NCBI GenBank assembly: GCA_047639615.1
Contig: JBLIOL010000001.1
Span: 1-55,164, forward strand
Length of the DNA stretch: 55,164 bases
Reading direction: 5' to 3'
Origin: Planctomycetota bacterium
GTDB taxonomy: Bacteria; Planctomycetota; UBA1135; GCA-002686595
Shown: piece by piece, positions 16,991 to 28,582 of the stretch
How the letters are laid out: each line of letters starts with the position of its first letter
How positions within the stretch are numbered: the stretch's first letter is position 1
Made by a program: the position numbers and the translations under genes
Notes under the pieces: generated by a model
Told to the model about the DNA's origin: nothing
Database searches by the model: none
Seen by the model: the letters and a program-made list of their open reading frames with translations, nothing else

Positions 16991-17838
16991 GCGGCCTCCT
17001 TGTGCGACTCGGGCGCAGTGCGTTTTGTCTTGGCGCGTAGGCCCGTCAGAAGGCCGTGAAGTACGTAGGCGTAGGCTGCCACGAAGAGCACCGGCACGGG
17101 TGCCAGATACAAGGCCAAGAAGAGGAAGACCAACTTGACCAGGGCCGGAAAACCGCCCGAGCGCGAGATCACTCCGAAGCCGTGGGCGTAGGTCACACGG
17201 CTGACCATCAACAGACCCAGGCCTGCCAACAGGAACAGCACGGCCGGCTGCAGCACACTCGTGAGCGTCATGCGCCATTCCTCGGGAATCACCGCCAGCC
17301 CCTTACCCACCGCGGTCGCATCCGCGCCACTGCCTTCGATGCCGCCGCCCAGGGAGAAGCTCATCAGGATGGTGATGACCAAGGTGCCCGCCGCCGCCGG
17401 CGAGGGCAGGCCGGTGAAGGTGCGGTGGTGCTCCTCCCCGTGTTCGTTGCCCACGTTGAAGCGCGCCAGGCGCAGCACCGCCATGAGGGTGAAGGCCGCG
17501 GCCGCGAAGAAGTTCAGCCGCGGATGGAAGAGTCCGTGGGACTCGAGCAAGGCCTTGCCGAGCATGGCAGGGGCCACGCCGAAGGTGATCGCGTCGGCGA
17601 AGGAGTCCAGCTGCGCGCCGAAATCGCTGAAGCTATGGGTGAGCCGCGCCACCTTGCCGTCCAAGGCATCCAGGATCAGGGCAAAGAGCACCAACCAACA
17701 GGCCTGCTCGAAGAGCTGATGGAATCCCGGGGCGCCGGCCCCGAGGGCTAACGCATCGATGGCCTTAGAGATGGCGAGGAGCCCACACCCGGCATTGGCC
17801 AGGGTGAGCATGTTGGGTACGAGCGCGACGTGCTTCAC
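16987..17838 (-). CDS. pssA: CDP-diacylglycerol--serine O-phosphatidyltransferase (CDP-alcohol phosphatidyltransferase family)
   Basis: Signature DALDGKVARLTHSFSDFGAQLDSFADAITFGVAPA and multiple TM helices. Confidence 0.85.
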   Translation of the reverse strand: MKHVALVPNMLTLANAGCGLLAISKAIDALALGAGAPGFHQLFEQACWLVLFALILDALDGKVARLTHSFSDFGAQLDSFADAITFGVAPAMLGKALLESHGLFHPRLNFFAAAAFTLMAVLRLARFNVGNEHGEEHHRTFTGLPSPAAAGTLVITILMSFSLGGGIEGSGADATAVGKGLAVIPEEWRMTLTSVLQPAVLFLLAGLGLLMVSRVTYAHGFGVISRSGGFPALVKLVFLFLALYLAPVPVLFVAAYAYVLHGLLTGLRAKTKRTAPESHKEAA

Positions 17839-17852
17839 GGGGTGAATCCTCG

Positions 17853-17870
17853 GGCCTGGCCGGCCAGGCC
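17853..17870. promoter_or_regulatory. 18-bp perfect palindrome in the pssA/eno divergent intergenic region
   Basis: GGCCTGGCCGGCCAGGCC read directly, 15 nt upstream of the pssA start. Operator-like symmetry; function not shown. Confidence 0.35.
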
Positions 17871-17892
17871 TCCACGGAAATCCGAGGTCTGA

Positions 17893-19654
<1,762 letters not shown>

Positions 19655-19658
<4 letters not shown>

Positions 19659-21706
19659 GCAAACTCAGCATCTGGCTGCTTGCCCTCGCCCTGGCGGGCA
19701 CAGCCTTCGCTGAAGACCCGCCCGATGGTGGCGAAGGCGCCCTGCGCAACGACACCTTCCTGGTGACGGACAAGGCCGCCGAAGCGCAACTCGCGCGCGG
19801 CGACAGGGCGCTCTCCGCCGCCCGCGCACGCTCGGCCGGCATGCCCGCCGAAGCGCTCGACGCCTGGCGAGCCGCCATCGAAAACAGCAGCGCCAACGCC
19901 GCGGTCGCCGCCCTGGCCAGCGCCCCCACCGGCATCGATTGGCCCGACCCGAGCGATACCCTCGAGCGCCGTACGGAAGCCGTCAGTGTCGCGCTCTTGC
20001 GCCGCCTGAGCGCCCTCAGCCCCGGCGAGCGCGCCGCCTGGCACGGCCGCTTCGGCCCGCTCGCCAGCCAAGAACTGGCCGCCGCCCCCTTCCGCACCGC
20101 CGCACTAGCGCGCTTGGAACGGGTCTACCCCGGCACCCGCGCCGCCGCCGTCGCGGCCCTACGGCTCGCTGACGTAGCCCTCGAGAGCGGCAACCAGGCC
20201 CGCGCCGCCAGCTACCTCGGTCGCGCCGCGATCCACGGCGGCCTGGCCCCCAGCCTCGGCCAGCAATGGCAAGCCCACTTGGACAGCCGCCTCGGGCGCC
20301 TGCCGCAACCAGCTGCGGCTCCCGGCACTCCAACCAGCGCCCCCAAATGGCGCAGCGTGCGCTCCCAGCGCCTGGAGGCCCGCCAGGGCTCCGTGCTCCC
20401 CGGCCGGCGCCCCCCGCGTGGTGTTGGGCTCATGCCCGGAGCCAGCCTGGGCCCCGACGGCGACATCCTGATCCAAACCGCCCGGGCCCTGATCTGGCTC
20501 GACGCGGCTGCCCTGAGCACCGCGCGTGGGGGCAAAACCCAGCTATCCCCCTACGAGGACTGGCTGCAGCTGCCCGCTGAGCGCACCTTCGTGCCGCCGG
20601 CCGCCGGCGGCTGGCCCATGGTGCCCCTGCAATGGGGCTCCGAATTCGTGGTCGTGGTCGCTCGCGGCATCCCCGCCCGCTTGCGCGGAGACTTGACCAT
20701 CCCCGCTCGCGGCAACCACCTGGTAGCCGCCACCCGCGGCGATCTGGGCCAGATCGAAGTGCGCTGGAGCCTCTCAGGCCCGGGCCTCCTGCGGCCTGGA
20801 ATCCCGGTACGACTGGCCTCGGAAGTGCTCGGTCCGGGCATTTGGGAGTTCCAACCGGGCCCGGTGCATGTGGGCGACCTGCTGGTGGTCCTCGCCAGAG
20901 GCCTAGAGAGCGGAAATGAGCCAAAAGTCACCGAATCCGGGCCAGAAAGCGCCGGCTTGCTACGACTTGTGGCCCTCGACTGGCAAAGCGGCGAGCTGGT
21001 CTGGAGCATCGACCTAGCGCGCACCTCGGACCTATTCGGCTCCCAGGGCGAGGCCGTGGGCCTCGGAACCCAGACCCAGCAAGCCAGCATGCCCCTGGCC
21101 AGCGCCGGCAGCCACGTGCTGATCGGCACCCACGCGGGCGCTCTGGCCTGCGTCGATGCCAGCGATGGCCGCCTCGAGTGGCAATTCCGCAATCAGCGCC
21201 GGCGCCCGGACGAGAGCAGCTGGCCGGGCTCCCGAGCCCCGCTCCTGGATGGCCCCAGGGCCTGGTTCACCCCGGCGGATTCGGACTTTCTCTACGCCTT
21301 GCCCGCCGGCCCGGCCCCCCTTGAGGGCCCCTTTCTGCAGGCGCGCCCCCTGGCCCGCGGACAGCGCGAAGTGCTCGCCTCAGCCGGCCCCGGCGGCCTG
21401 GTTTTCCTGGGCCGCGACGGTCGCCACCGGGCCCTGCTGCGCCGGAATAGGAGCGGAATCGAGCAGGCCTGCCTGTATCTAGGCGCCGAGGAGCGCTTTC
21501 GAGGCGCGCCAGCCAGCACTGGTGGCCAATTACTGATCGCCACGGATCGCTCCTTCATGGCCTTCCGCGAGAGCGATCTGCTGCTGGAATCCAGCCTGCC
21601 CCTACTGGATCTGGGAGCAACTATCGGCGGTACCGTCGTGCCCATTCCGGGCGGCGCCGTAGTGGTCGGCGCGGACACCCTTTGGGTGCTCGCGTCACAG
21701 CCCTAA
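19655..21706 (+). CDS. Secreted PQQ-like beta-propeller repeat protein
   Basis: TTG start overlapping the previous stop (TTGA). Signal peptide LSIWLLALALAGTAFA. 'GALACVDASDGRLEWQF'-type PQQ/BamB-like repeats. Confidence 0.7.
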
Positions 21707-21903
21707 TCGCGCCTAAAAACGGCCGCTCGGAACGTGCGAGTTCTGTAGCACTCGCCAGACGCATTAGAAGGCTTCCGTATATATGGCCCAGCCATGTAGG
21801 TCGGTCCCCTCAGGGGGTGTAGATTCGTGCCCGAGCGGTCGATTGCAGTGTGAGGTCTCGCCTCCCCATCGACCCGAAATCCCGGACACATCGATATACC
21901 AAC

Positions 21904-22926
<1,023 letters not shown>

Positions 22927-22933
22927 CGCATTC

Positions 22934-23857
22934 ATGCCCGCACGTACCGGCGTAATCGACCCCGAGGTCCTGGACAGGCTAAACGGCTTGTCCTTGGTGG
23001 CACGCAAGGTGGTGGAAGGCTACATGGCCGGCCACCACACCTCGCCCCACCGCGGTAGCTCCGTGGAGTTCCGTCAGCACCGGCCGTACACGCCGGGCGA
23101 TGAGCTGCGCAGCATCGACTGGAAGGTCTTCGCGCGCTCCGACCGCCTGGTGGTCAAGGAGTACGTGGAGGAGACGCACCTCTCCCTGACCCTGATGCTC
23201 GACGCATCCGAGTCCATGGCCTACGGGTCGATCGAGGGTGAGCACGGCATCCGCACCAAGTTCGACTACGCGCGCTGGTGCGCTGCAGCCCTCGCGCACC
23301 TGACCCTCGGTCAGCGCGACACGGCGGGCCTGGTGATCTTCGACGAGAAGGAACGCGTCAAGGTCCCGCCGGCCAACGGTGCTCCCCAAGAGGCCGCGAT
23401 CCTGCAAGCCCTGTCGGAGGCGCGGCCCACCGGCCTCACCGCCGTGGGCGACGTGCTCGGCTGGCTCGGTAGCCGCCTAGCACACCGCGGCCTGACCGCG
23501 ATCTTCTCGGACTTCTTCGACGACCTCACGACCATCCGGCGCGGCCTCGAACAACTGGTGCACGGCGGTCATGAACCGATCCTGTTCCAGGTGCTCGACC
23601 CCGCCGAATTGAACTTCGATTTCAACGCACTGCTCAGGCTCGACGGGCTCGAAGGCACCGGCATTCATAAGATCGACCCCAAGGCCATCCGCGAGGCATA
23701 CCGCGCGGAGATCCAGGCCCACAACGAGCAGCTGGCAAAGGCCGCTCGACACCTCTCACTCGACTACGTGGTGATGACCACGGACGAGCCCCTCGACGCA
23801 GTCATTGCTGCGTACCTGGCCCGGCGTACCGCGCGGGCCCGTGGAGGCAGCCGCTGA
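22934..23857 (+). CDS. DUF58 (VWA-like) protein, MoxR partner
   Basis: HRGSSVEFRQHRPYTPGDELRSIDWKVFARSDRLVVKEY, then LMLDASESM. This is the typical DUF58 core, 7 nt after moxR. Confidence 0.88.
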   Translation: MPARTGVIDPEVLDRLNGLSLVARKVVEGYMAGHHTSPHRGSSVEFRQHRPYTPGDELRSIDWKVFARSDRLVVKEYVEETHLSLTLMLDASESMAYGSIEGEHGIRTKFDYARWCAAALAHLTLGQRDTAGLVIFDEKERVKVPPANGAPQEAAILQALSEARPTGLTAVGDVLGWLGSRLAHRGLTAIFSDFFDDLTTIRRGLEQLVHGGHEPILFQVLDPAELNFDFNALLRLDGLEGTGIHKIDPKAIREAYRAEIQAHNEQLAKAARHLSLDYVVMTTDEPLDAVIAAYLARRTARARGGSR

Positions 23858-23872
23858 TGGAGAACCCCCAGC

Positions 23873-26131
23873 ATGCTTGAAGGCTTCGTCCACCCGGCCT
23901 TCGCGGGACTCACGGCCCTGGCCGCAGTCCCGCTGATCATCCACCTGCTCAACCGCCAGCGCCACCGGCCTGTGCAGTGGGCAGCCATGCGTTTCGTTCT
24001 GGCCGCCTACAAGAAGACGCGCCGCCGCGTGCAGCTGGAGAACCTGCTGCTGTTGCTGCTGCGCATGGGGGCCGTGGCGCTCTTGGCCCTGGCCATCGCG
24101 CGTCCCTTCGCCGCCGGCGACGGCGCCTTGGGCAAGCTTACCGAGGCGCGCCGCGACCTCATCCTGGTGCTGGATGGCTCCGCCTCCACCGGTTACACCC
24201 AGGGCATCGAGACCGTCTTCGAGCGCATCGTGAAGCGCGCCACCGAACTGGTGGAAGAGCTCGAGGGTGACGGCGCCAACCGCGTCTACGTGATCCTCGC
24301 CGGCGACCGTCCGCGACTCCTATCCTGGCCTAGCCCGGAGAAGGCGGCCAGCGTCCTAGGCACCTTGAGCGCGCCCCTCGACGAGGGGATGGACCTAGCC
24401 GCGGCCCTCGCTGAAGTACGCCGCCTCGCGGAAGACGAAGCCGCCGGCGCCGTGCGCAGCAGCCTCGATGTGCGCCTGCTAACCGACCTGCAACGCAACG
24501 CCTTCCTCAACGCTGCGGGAGCCCTCGACGCGCAGCAGACAACGAGCGCGGACGAGCTCAGCGCCGCGGGCCTGATCGATCAACTGGATGCCCTGCAAGC
24601 CATGGACATCCAAGTGCAGGTGGAGGACCTAGGCCCCGGCGTCTTGAACCCCGCCAACCTAGGCATCGTGGATGTGGCCCTGGTAGGCGACGCCATGGAC
24701 AACGGTCCCCTGCAGGTCAATGTCACGGTCGCTAACTACGGCACCTCGCGCGCCAATGCGGTGCGCGTCGGCTTCAGCCTCGATGGCAATCGTTACCCCA
24801 GTCGGCGCGTGGACGTGCCCGCACAAGGTACCGGTGAAGCCGTCTTCCACTTGCCCAGCGGCTTGCAAGGAGCGCAGGCCCTGGAAGCCACCCTCGAGGG
24901 CGACCGCTTGACCGCGGACGACACGCGCGCCTCGGTGCTGCTGCTACCGGACCCCGTACGCGTTTTGCTGGTGAACGGCACCCCCAGCGATCGCTTCGAA
25001 GACGACGCTGTGGGCTTCCTTGAGATCGCCTTGGCGGCACCCGAGTTCGGCGCTGCGGAGGACACGCACCTGACCAAGGTCAGCCCCTTCGACGTACGCG
25101 TGGTAACGCCCTCAGCCCTGGTATCCGGTGAGGTCCTGCTCGCCGAGCAGGACGTGATCTGGTTGGCCAACACACCGCCCCTGGCGCAGAGCGTCCTCAC
25201 CGCCCTCGAAGAGCGCGTGGCCGCAGGCGCCTCGCTGATCATCTCTATGGGCGATCGCGTGGGCGACGCCGGCAGAGATGGCCGCGGACTATTCCGCGCC
25301 GACGGCACGGGCTTATTGCCCGCCGAACTAGGCCGCCGTGTCGCCGCACAGAGTCGCGAGAGCTTCTTCCAGGTGGGCGAATTCGACGGCATGCACCCCG
25401 CTCTGCAGTTCTACAACGATGAAGCCCTGCAGCGCCTGCTGACGCAAGTGCCCTTCCACGAGTTCGTCCTGGCACGACCTCTGACCGGCTCCCGCGTACT
25501 GGCGAGCCTCAATGACAGCGCCTCCAGCCCGCTGCTGATCGAGCGCCACTTCGCCGCTGGCAAGGTGCTCGTCTGGACCTCGACCATGCACCCGGATTGG
25601 ACGCCCTTCCCCGCCCTGGGCAAGACCTTCATTCCCTTCGTCTTGGAGCTCGTGCGCTACGCGGGTGGCGCCAAGGTGCTTGACCGTGACATTGCGCCGG
25701 GCGCTCCCCTGCGCATTGAGCTAGCCGACTTCCCGCGCTCACCGTCCCTGGTCAGGCCCGACGAGACCCGACGCGGCCTCGACGGCGCGCCCGAAAGCAC
25801 CCCCGCAGGCGCGTGGCTCTTGCCGCCCCTCGGCGAGGGCGACACGCGCCGCGCGGGCCTCTACAAAATCAGCGTGGAGTCCGGTGCCGAGCACCCCTTC
25901 GCAGTGCAACTGGATCCCGCCGAAGGCAACCTCGAACGCATGGGCCAAGCCGAGCTCGCCGGCTTGCATCCGGCCCTGATCCCATTCCGCCCCGCCGACG
26001 CTGGCGATGACTCCGGCTCCCCCGCCGGCCGCGGCGAAATTTGGCGCTGGCTGGCCATGCTCTGCCTGGCTGCCCTGGTGACCGAATCACTCTTCGGCGC
26101 CTGGCTTGGTCGCAAGCGGAGGTCCGCATGA
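23873..26131 (+). CDS. BatA-type membrane protein (aerotolerance-regulator N-terminal two-TM domain plus VWA-like domain)
   Basis: N-terminus LTALAAVPLIIHLLNRQR...LLLLLLRMGAVALLALAIARP, then LVLDGSASTGY (DxSxS-like). C-terminal TM WRWLAMLCLAALVTESLF. Confidence 0.8.
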   Translation: MLEGFVHPAFAGLTALAAVPLIIHLLNRQRHRPVQWAAMRFVLAAYKKTRRRVQLENLLLLLLRMGAVALLALAIARPFAAGDGALGKLTEARRDLILVLDGSASTGYTQGIETVFERIVKRATELVEELEGDGANRVYVILAGDRPRLLSWPSPEKAASVLGTLSAPLDEGMDLAAALAEVRRLAEDEAAGAVRSSLDVRLLTDLQRNAFLNAAGALDAQQTTSADELSAAGLIDQLDALQAMDIQVQVEDLGPGVLNPANLGIVDVALVGDAMDNGPLQVNVTVANYGTSRANAVRVGFSLDGNRYPSRRVDVPAQGTGEAVFHLPSGLQGAQALEATLEGDRLTADDTRASVLLLPDPVRVLLVNGTPSDRFEDDAVGFLEIALAAPEFGAAEDTHLTKVSPFDVRVVTPSALVSGEVLLAEQDVIWLANTPPLAQSVLTALEERVAAGASLIISMGDRVGDAGRDGRGLFRADGTGLLPAELGRRVAAQSRESFFQVGEFDGMHPALQFYNDEALQRLLTQVPFHEFVLARPLTGSRVLASLNDSASSPLLIERHFAAGKVLVWTSTMHPDWTPFPALGKTFIPFVLELVRYAGGAKVLDRDIAPGAPLRIELADFPRSPSLVRPDETRRGLDGAPESTPAGAWLLPPLGEGDTRRAGLYKISVESGAEHPFAVQLDPAEGNLERMGQAELAGLHPALIPFRPADAGDDSGSPAGRGEIWRWLAMLCLAALVTESLFGAWLGRKRRSA

Positions 26132-28569
26132 TGCTCGGCCTACTATCAGCAATGACTTCCTTGCAGGCACCCATGGCTTGGATCCAAGACTCCACCGCCC
26201 TGCGTATCGCCGCCGATGCCACCCGCGAGAGCTGGCGCTTCCTGGAAGCGCCGAAGCTTTGGATCGTGGTCATGTTGGTGCTGCCGATCACGGCCCTGGT
26301 GGCCTACCTGGCCTACCGGCGCGAGCCCCTCAGTCGCGGCCGGCGCTGGAGCCTCTCCAGCCTGCGCTTCCTGAGCCTCTTGGTCTTGCTCTTCGTGCTG
26401 GCGCGCCCCGTGCGCGTGCAGTCGCAGGAGCGCGTGGAAGGTGCCGAGGTGATGGTGCTGCTGGATAGCTCCGCCAGCATGAGTCGCAAGGACGCCTACC
26501 GCGGCAACGACGAAGCGCGCGCCGCCCTGCAGCTACTCAGCGGTCAAGACCCAGCCGACCAGAGCCGCATGGACCTGGCACTGACCGTGCTGGAGAAGCG
26601 CCTGCTGCCCTTGCTCGAAAGCAAGGCTTACACCCCGCGCATCTTCCGCTTCGACGATTCCCTTACGCCCCTACCGGACCTGGAAGATGTCAGCGCCCGC
26701 GGCCACGGCACGCACCTGGGCGACGGCCTAGCCCAGGGCCTCGCGTCCCAACGCGCGCGGCACCTGACCCACGTGGTGGTGATCAGCGACGGACGTTCGA
26801 ACGGCGGCACCCCCGCTCTGGATGCCGGCGCCGCCGCGCGCGCCGCCGGAGTCCCCGTACACACCATCGTGATCGGCGACACGCGCCCGGAACACAACGC
26901 GGTGCTCGAGCTATTGGACGCCCCTAGCAGTGTGCTCGAAGGCGATGAAGTCACGGTGATCGTACGCGTAACCGGACGCGGCATCACGAACCGCCCGCAG
27001 GCGCGCGTGGTGCTCGAAGAGTTGGACCCCAGCGGCCAAGCTCGGCCCCTGGCCGAGGAGTACGTGGAACTGCAAGCCGACGGCGAGCGCGTGGTGCTCG
27101 TCGCGCCTTCGGACCTAAACGCCTCCACCAACGAGAACGGTGAGCGCCGCTTCCGCGTGTCCGTGGAGGCGCTTCCGGAAGAGCACATGCTCGACGACAA
27201 CAGCGTCAGCCTGCGCGTCACGGTCACTCCCGAGCGCATTCGCGTGCTCTACATCGACGGCTATCCGCGCTACGAGTATCGCCAGCTGCACTACATGCTG
27301 AAGCGCGCCGACGAGCGCATCGCAGCGCAGATGTTCCTGATGTCGGCCACCCCGGACTTCCCCCAGGAAGTCACCCAAGGCCTGACACCTCTGAAGCGTG
27401 TGCCCACGGGCCGGCGCGAGCTGCTCGACAACTACGACGTGATCCTGTTGGGCGATGTGGACCCCTATCAGATCTCCGAGGACCCGGCCCAGGGCGAAGA
27501 GTTCGTGGCCAGCCTGTTCGAGTTCGTGGAACGCGGCGGCGGCCTCGGCATCATCGCCGGCGAGTACGACAACCCGGGCAAGCTAGCCGGTACGGAGTTC
27601 GCCAAGCTGCTGCCCGTGCGCCTGGACCCCACCGGCGCCCTGGCCTTCGACGTACCCACCGACGAAGCCACCTGGCCGCGCCTGGAGAATCCCGCCGCGC
27701 CCCACGAGATCATGCGCTTGCATCCCGACCTGGATGTGAACCGGCGCCTGTGGGAAGAGCGCGGTGGCCTGCAGGGCTTCCTCTGGTACTTCCCCACCCT
27801 GGGCGCCAAGCCCGGTGCACAGGTGCTCATGCGGCACCCCACGGCTTCGCTCTCGGGTGCCGAAGAGCGCGACCCCCTACTGGTGCTCGGCTACTACCCC
27901 GCCGGCCGCACCATGTTCCTCGCACACGACGAGACCTTCCGCTGGAAGTACCGTTTCGAGGAGCGCTATCACCAGCGCTTCTGGCGCAACGCGATCCGCT
28001 GGTTGGCCCTCGGCCGACTCAAGAGCGGCGACCGGCGCTACTCCCTCGAGCCCCTGCGGCGCACCTCCACCCTGGACGAACAGGTCACCTTGGAGGCACG
28101 CATCCTGGACGAGGACTATCAGCCCAGCCCGGACCCTACCCAGGAAGCCTGGTTGGAGCCCGATGGCGGCGAGCGCGAACCGGTGGAACTCCTGGCGGTG
28201 GAAGGCCGGCCGGGACTCTTCCGTGCCTCCTTCCAAGCCAGTAGGCCAGGCAGCTACCGCGCCTGGATCGAGGCCGGCGGCAAGCGCTTGACCACCACCG
28301 AGTACGAAGTGGTCTTGCCGAGCGCCGAGAACGCCGACCCGACCCCGGATCCCGAGAGCATGGCCGCCCTGGCCAGCCTGACCGGCGGCATCGCCGTCAG
28401 CGCCACGGACCTCACGGCTCTCGAAGAAGCCCTGCCCGGGGGCGAGGAACGCCGCGAACCGCTGACTTCCTCCTTGGAGGACGCCTGGGACCATTGGGGC
28501 GTGCTGTTGCTCGCTCTGGGCATTCTGTCCATCGAATGGATCCTCCGGAAGCGCTACGAGCTGGTCTAG
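26128..28569 (+). CDS. VWA-domain membrane protein (BatB-like) with C-terminal TM anchor
   Basis: ATGA overlap with the previous gene. TM helices near the N-terminus. MIDAS VMVLLDSSASMSRKD. 'YDVILLGDVD' segment. C-terminal WGVLLLALGILSIEWIL. Confidence 0.8.
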   Translation: MMLGLLSAMTSLQAPMAWIQDSTALRIAADATRESWRFLEAPKLWIVVMLVLPITALVAYLAYRREPLSRGRRWSLSSLRFLSLLVLLFVLARPVRVQSQERVEGAEVMVLLDSSASMSRKDAYRGNDEARAALQLLSGQDPADQSRMDLALTVLEKRLLPLLESKAYTPRIFRFDDSLTPLPDLEDVSARGHGTHLGDGLAQGLASQRARHLTHVVVISDGRSNGGTPALDAGAAARAAGVPVHTIVIGDTRPEHNAVLELLDAPSSVLEGDEVTVIVRVTGRGITNRPQARVVLEELDPSGQARPLAEEYVELQADGERVVLVAPSDLNASTNENGERRFRVSVEALPEEHMLDDNSVSLRVTVTPERIRVLYIDGYPRYEYRQLHYMLKRADERIAAQMFLMSATPDFPQEVTQGLTPLKRVPTGRRELLDNYDVILLGDVDPYQISEDPAQGEEFVASLFEFVERGGGLGIIAGEYDNPGKLAGTEFAKLLPVRLDPTGALAFDVPTDEATWPRLENPAAPHEIMRLHPDLDVNRRLWEERGGLQGFLWYFPTLGAKPGAQVLMRHPTASLSGAEERDPLLVLGYYPAGRTMFLAHDETFRWKYRFEERYHQRFWRNAIRWLALGRLKSGDRRYSLEPLRRTSTLDEQVTLEARILDEDYQPSPDPTQEAWLEPDGGEREPVELLAVEGRPGLFRASFQASRPGSYRAWIEAGGKRLTTTEYEVVLPSAENADPTPDPESMAALASLTGGIAVSATDLTALEEALPGGEERREPLTSSLEDAWDHWGVLLLALGILSIEWILRKRYELV

Positions 28570-28582
28570 CACCCCATAATTC

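Noticed and set aside
15873-17138. 421-aa plus-strand ORF spanning panC, folK and part of pssA
   Set aside because: It is antisense to three genes with clear family motifs. It is Arg/Ser/Pro-rich and an artefact of high GC.
16991-17278. N-terminal extension of the folK ORF
   Set aside because: It overlaps pssA in another frame. The HPPK homology begins only at about 16980, where a GTG with an AAGGAGG Shine-Dalgarno is present.
21707-21903. Promoter elements upstream of moxR (TTAGAA / TATATA-like hexamers around 21760-21785)
   Set aside because: The spacing between the candidate -35 and -10 hexamers is wrong (about 8 nt) and the sigma-factor consensus for this lineage is unknown. This cannot be supported from sequence alone.
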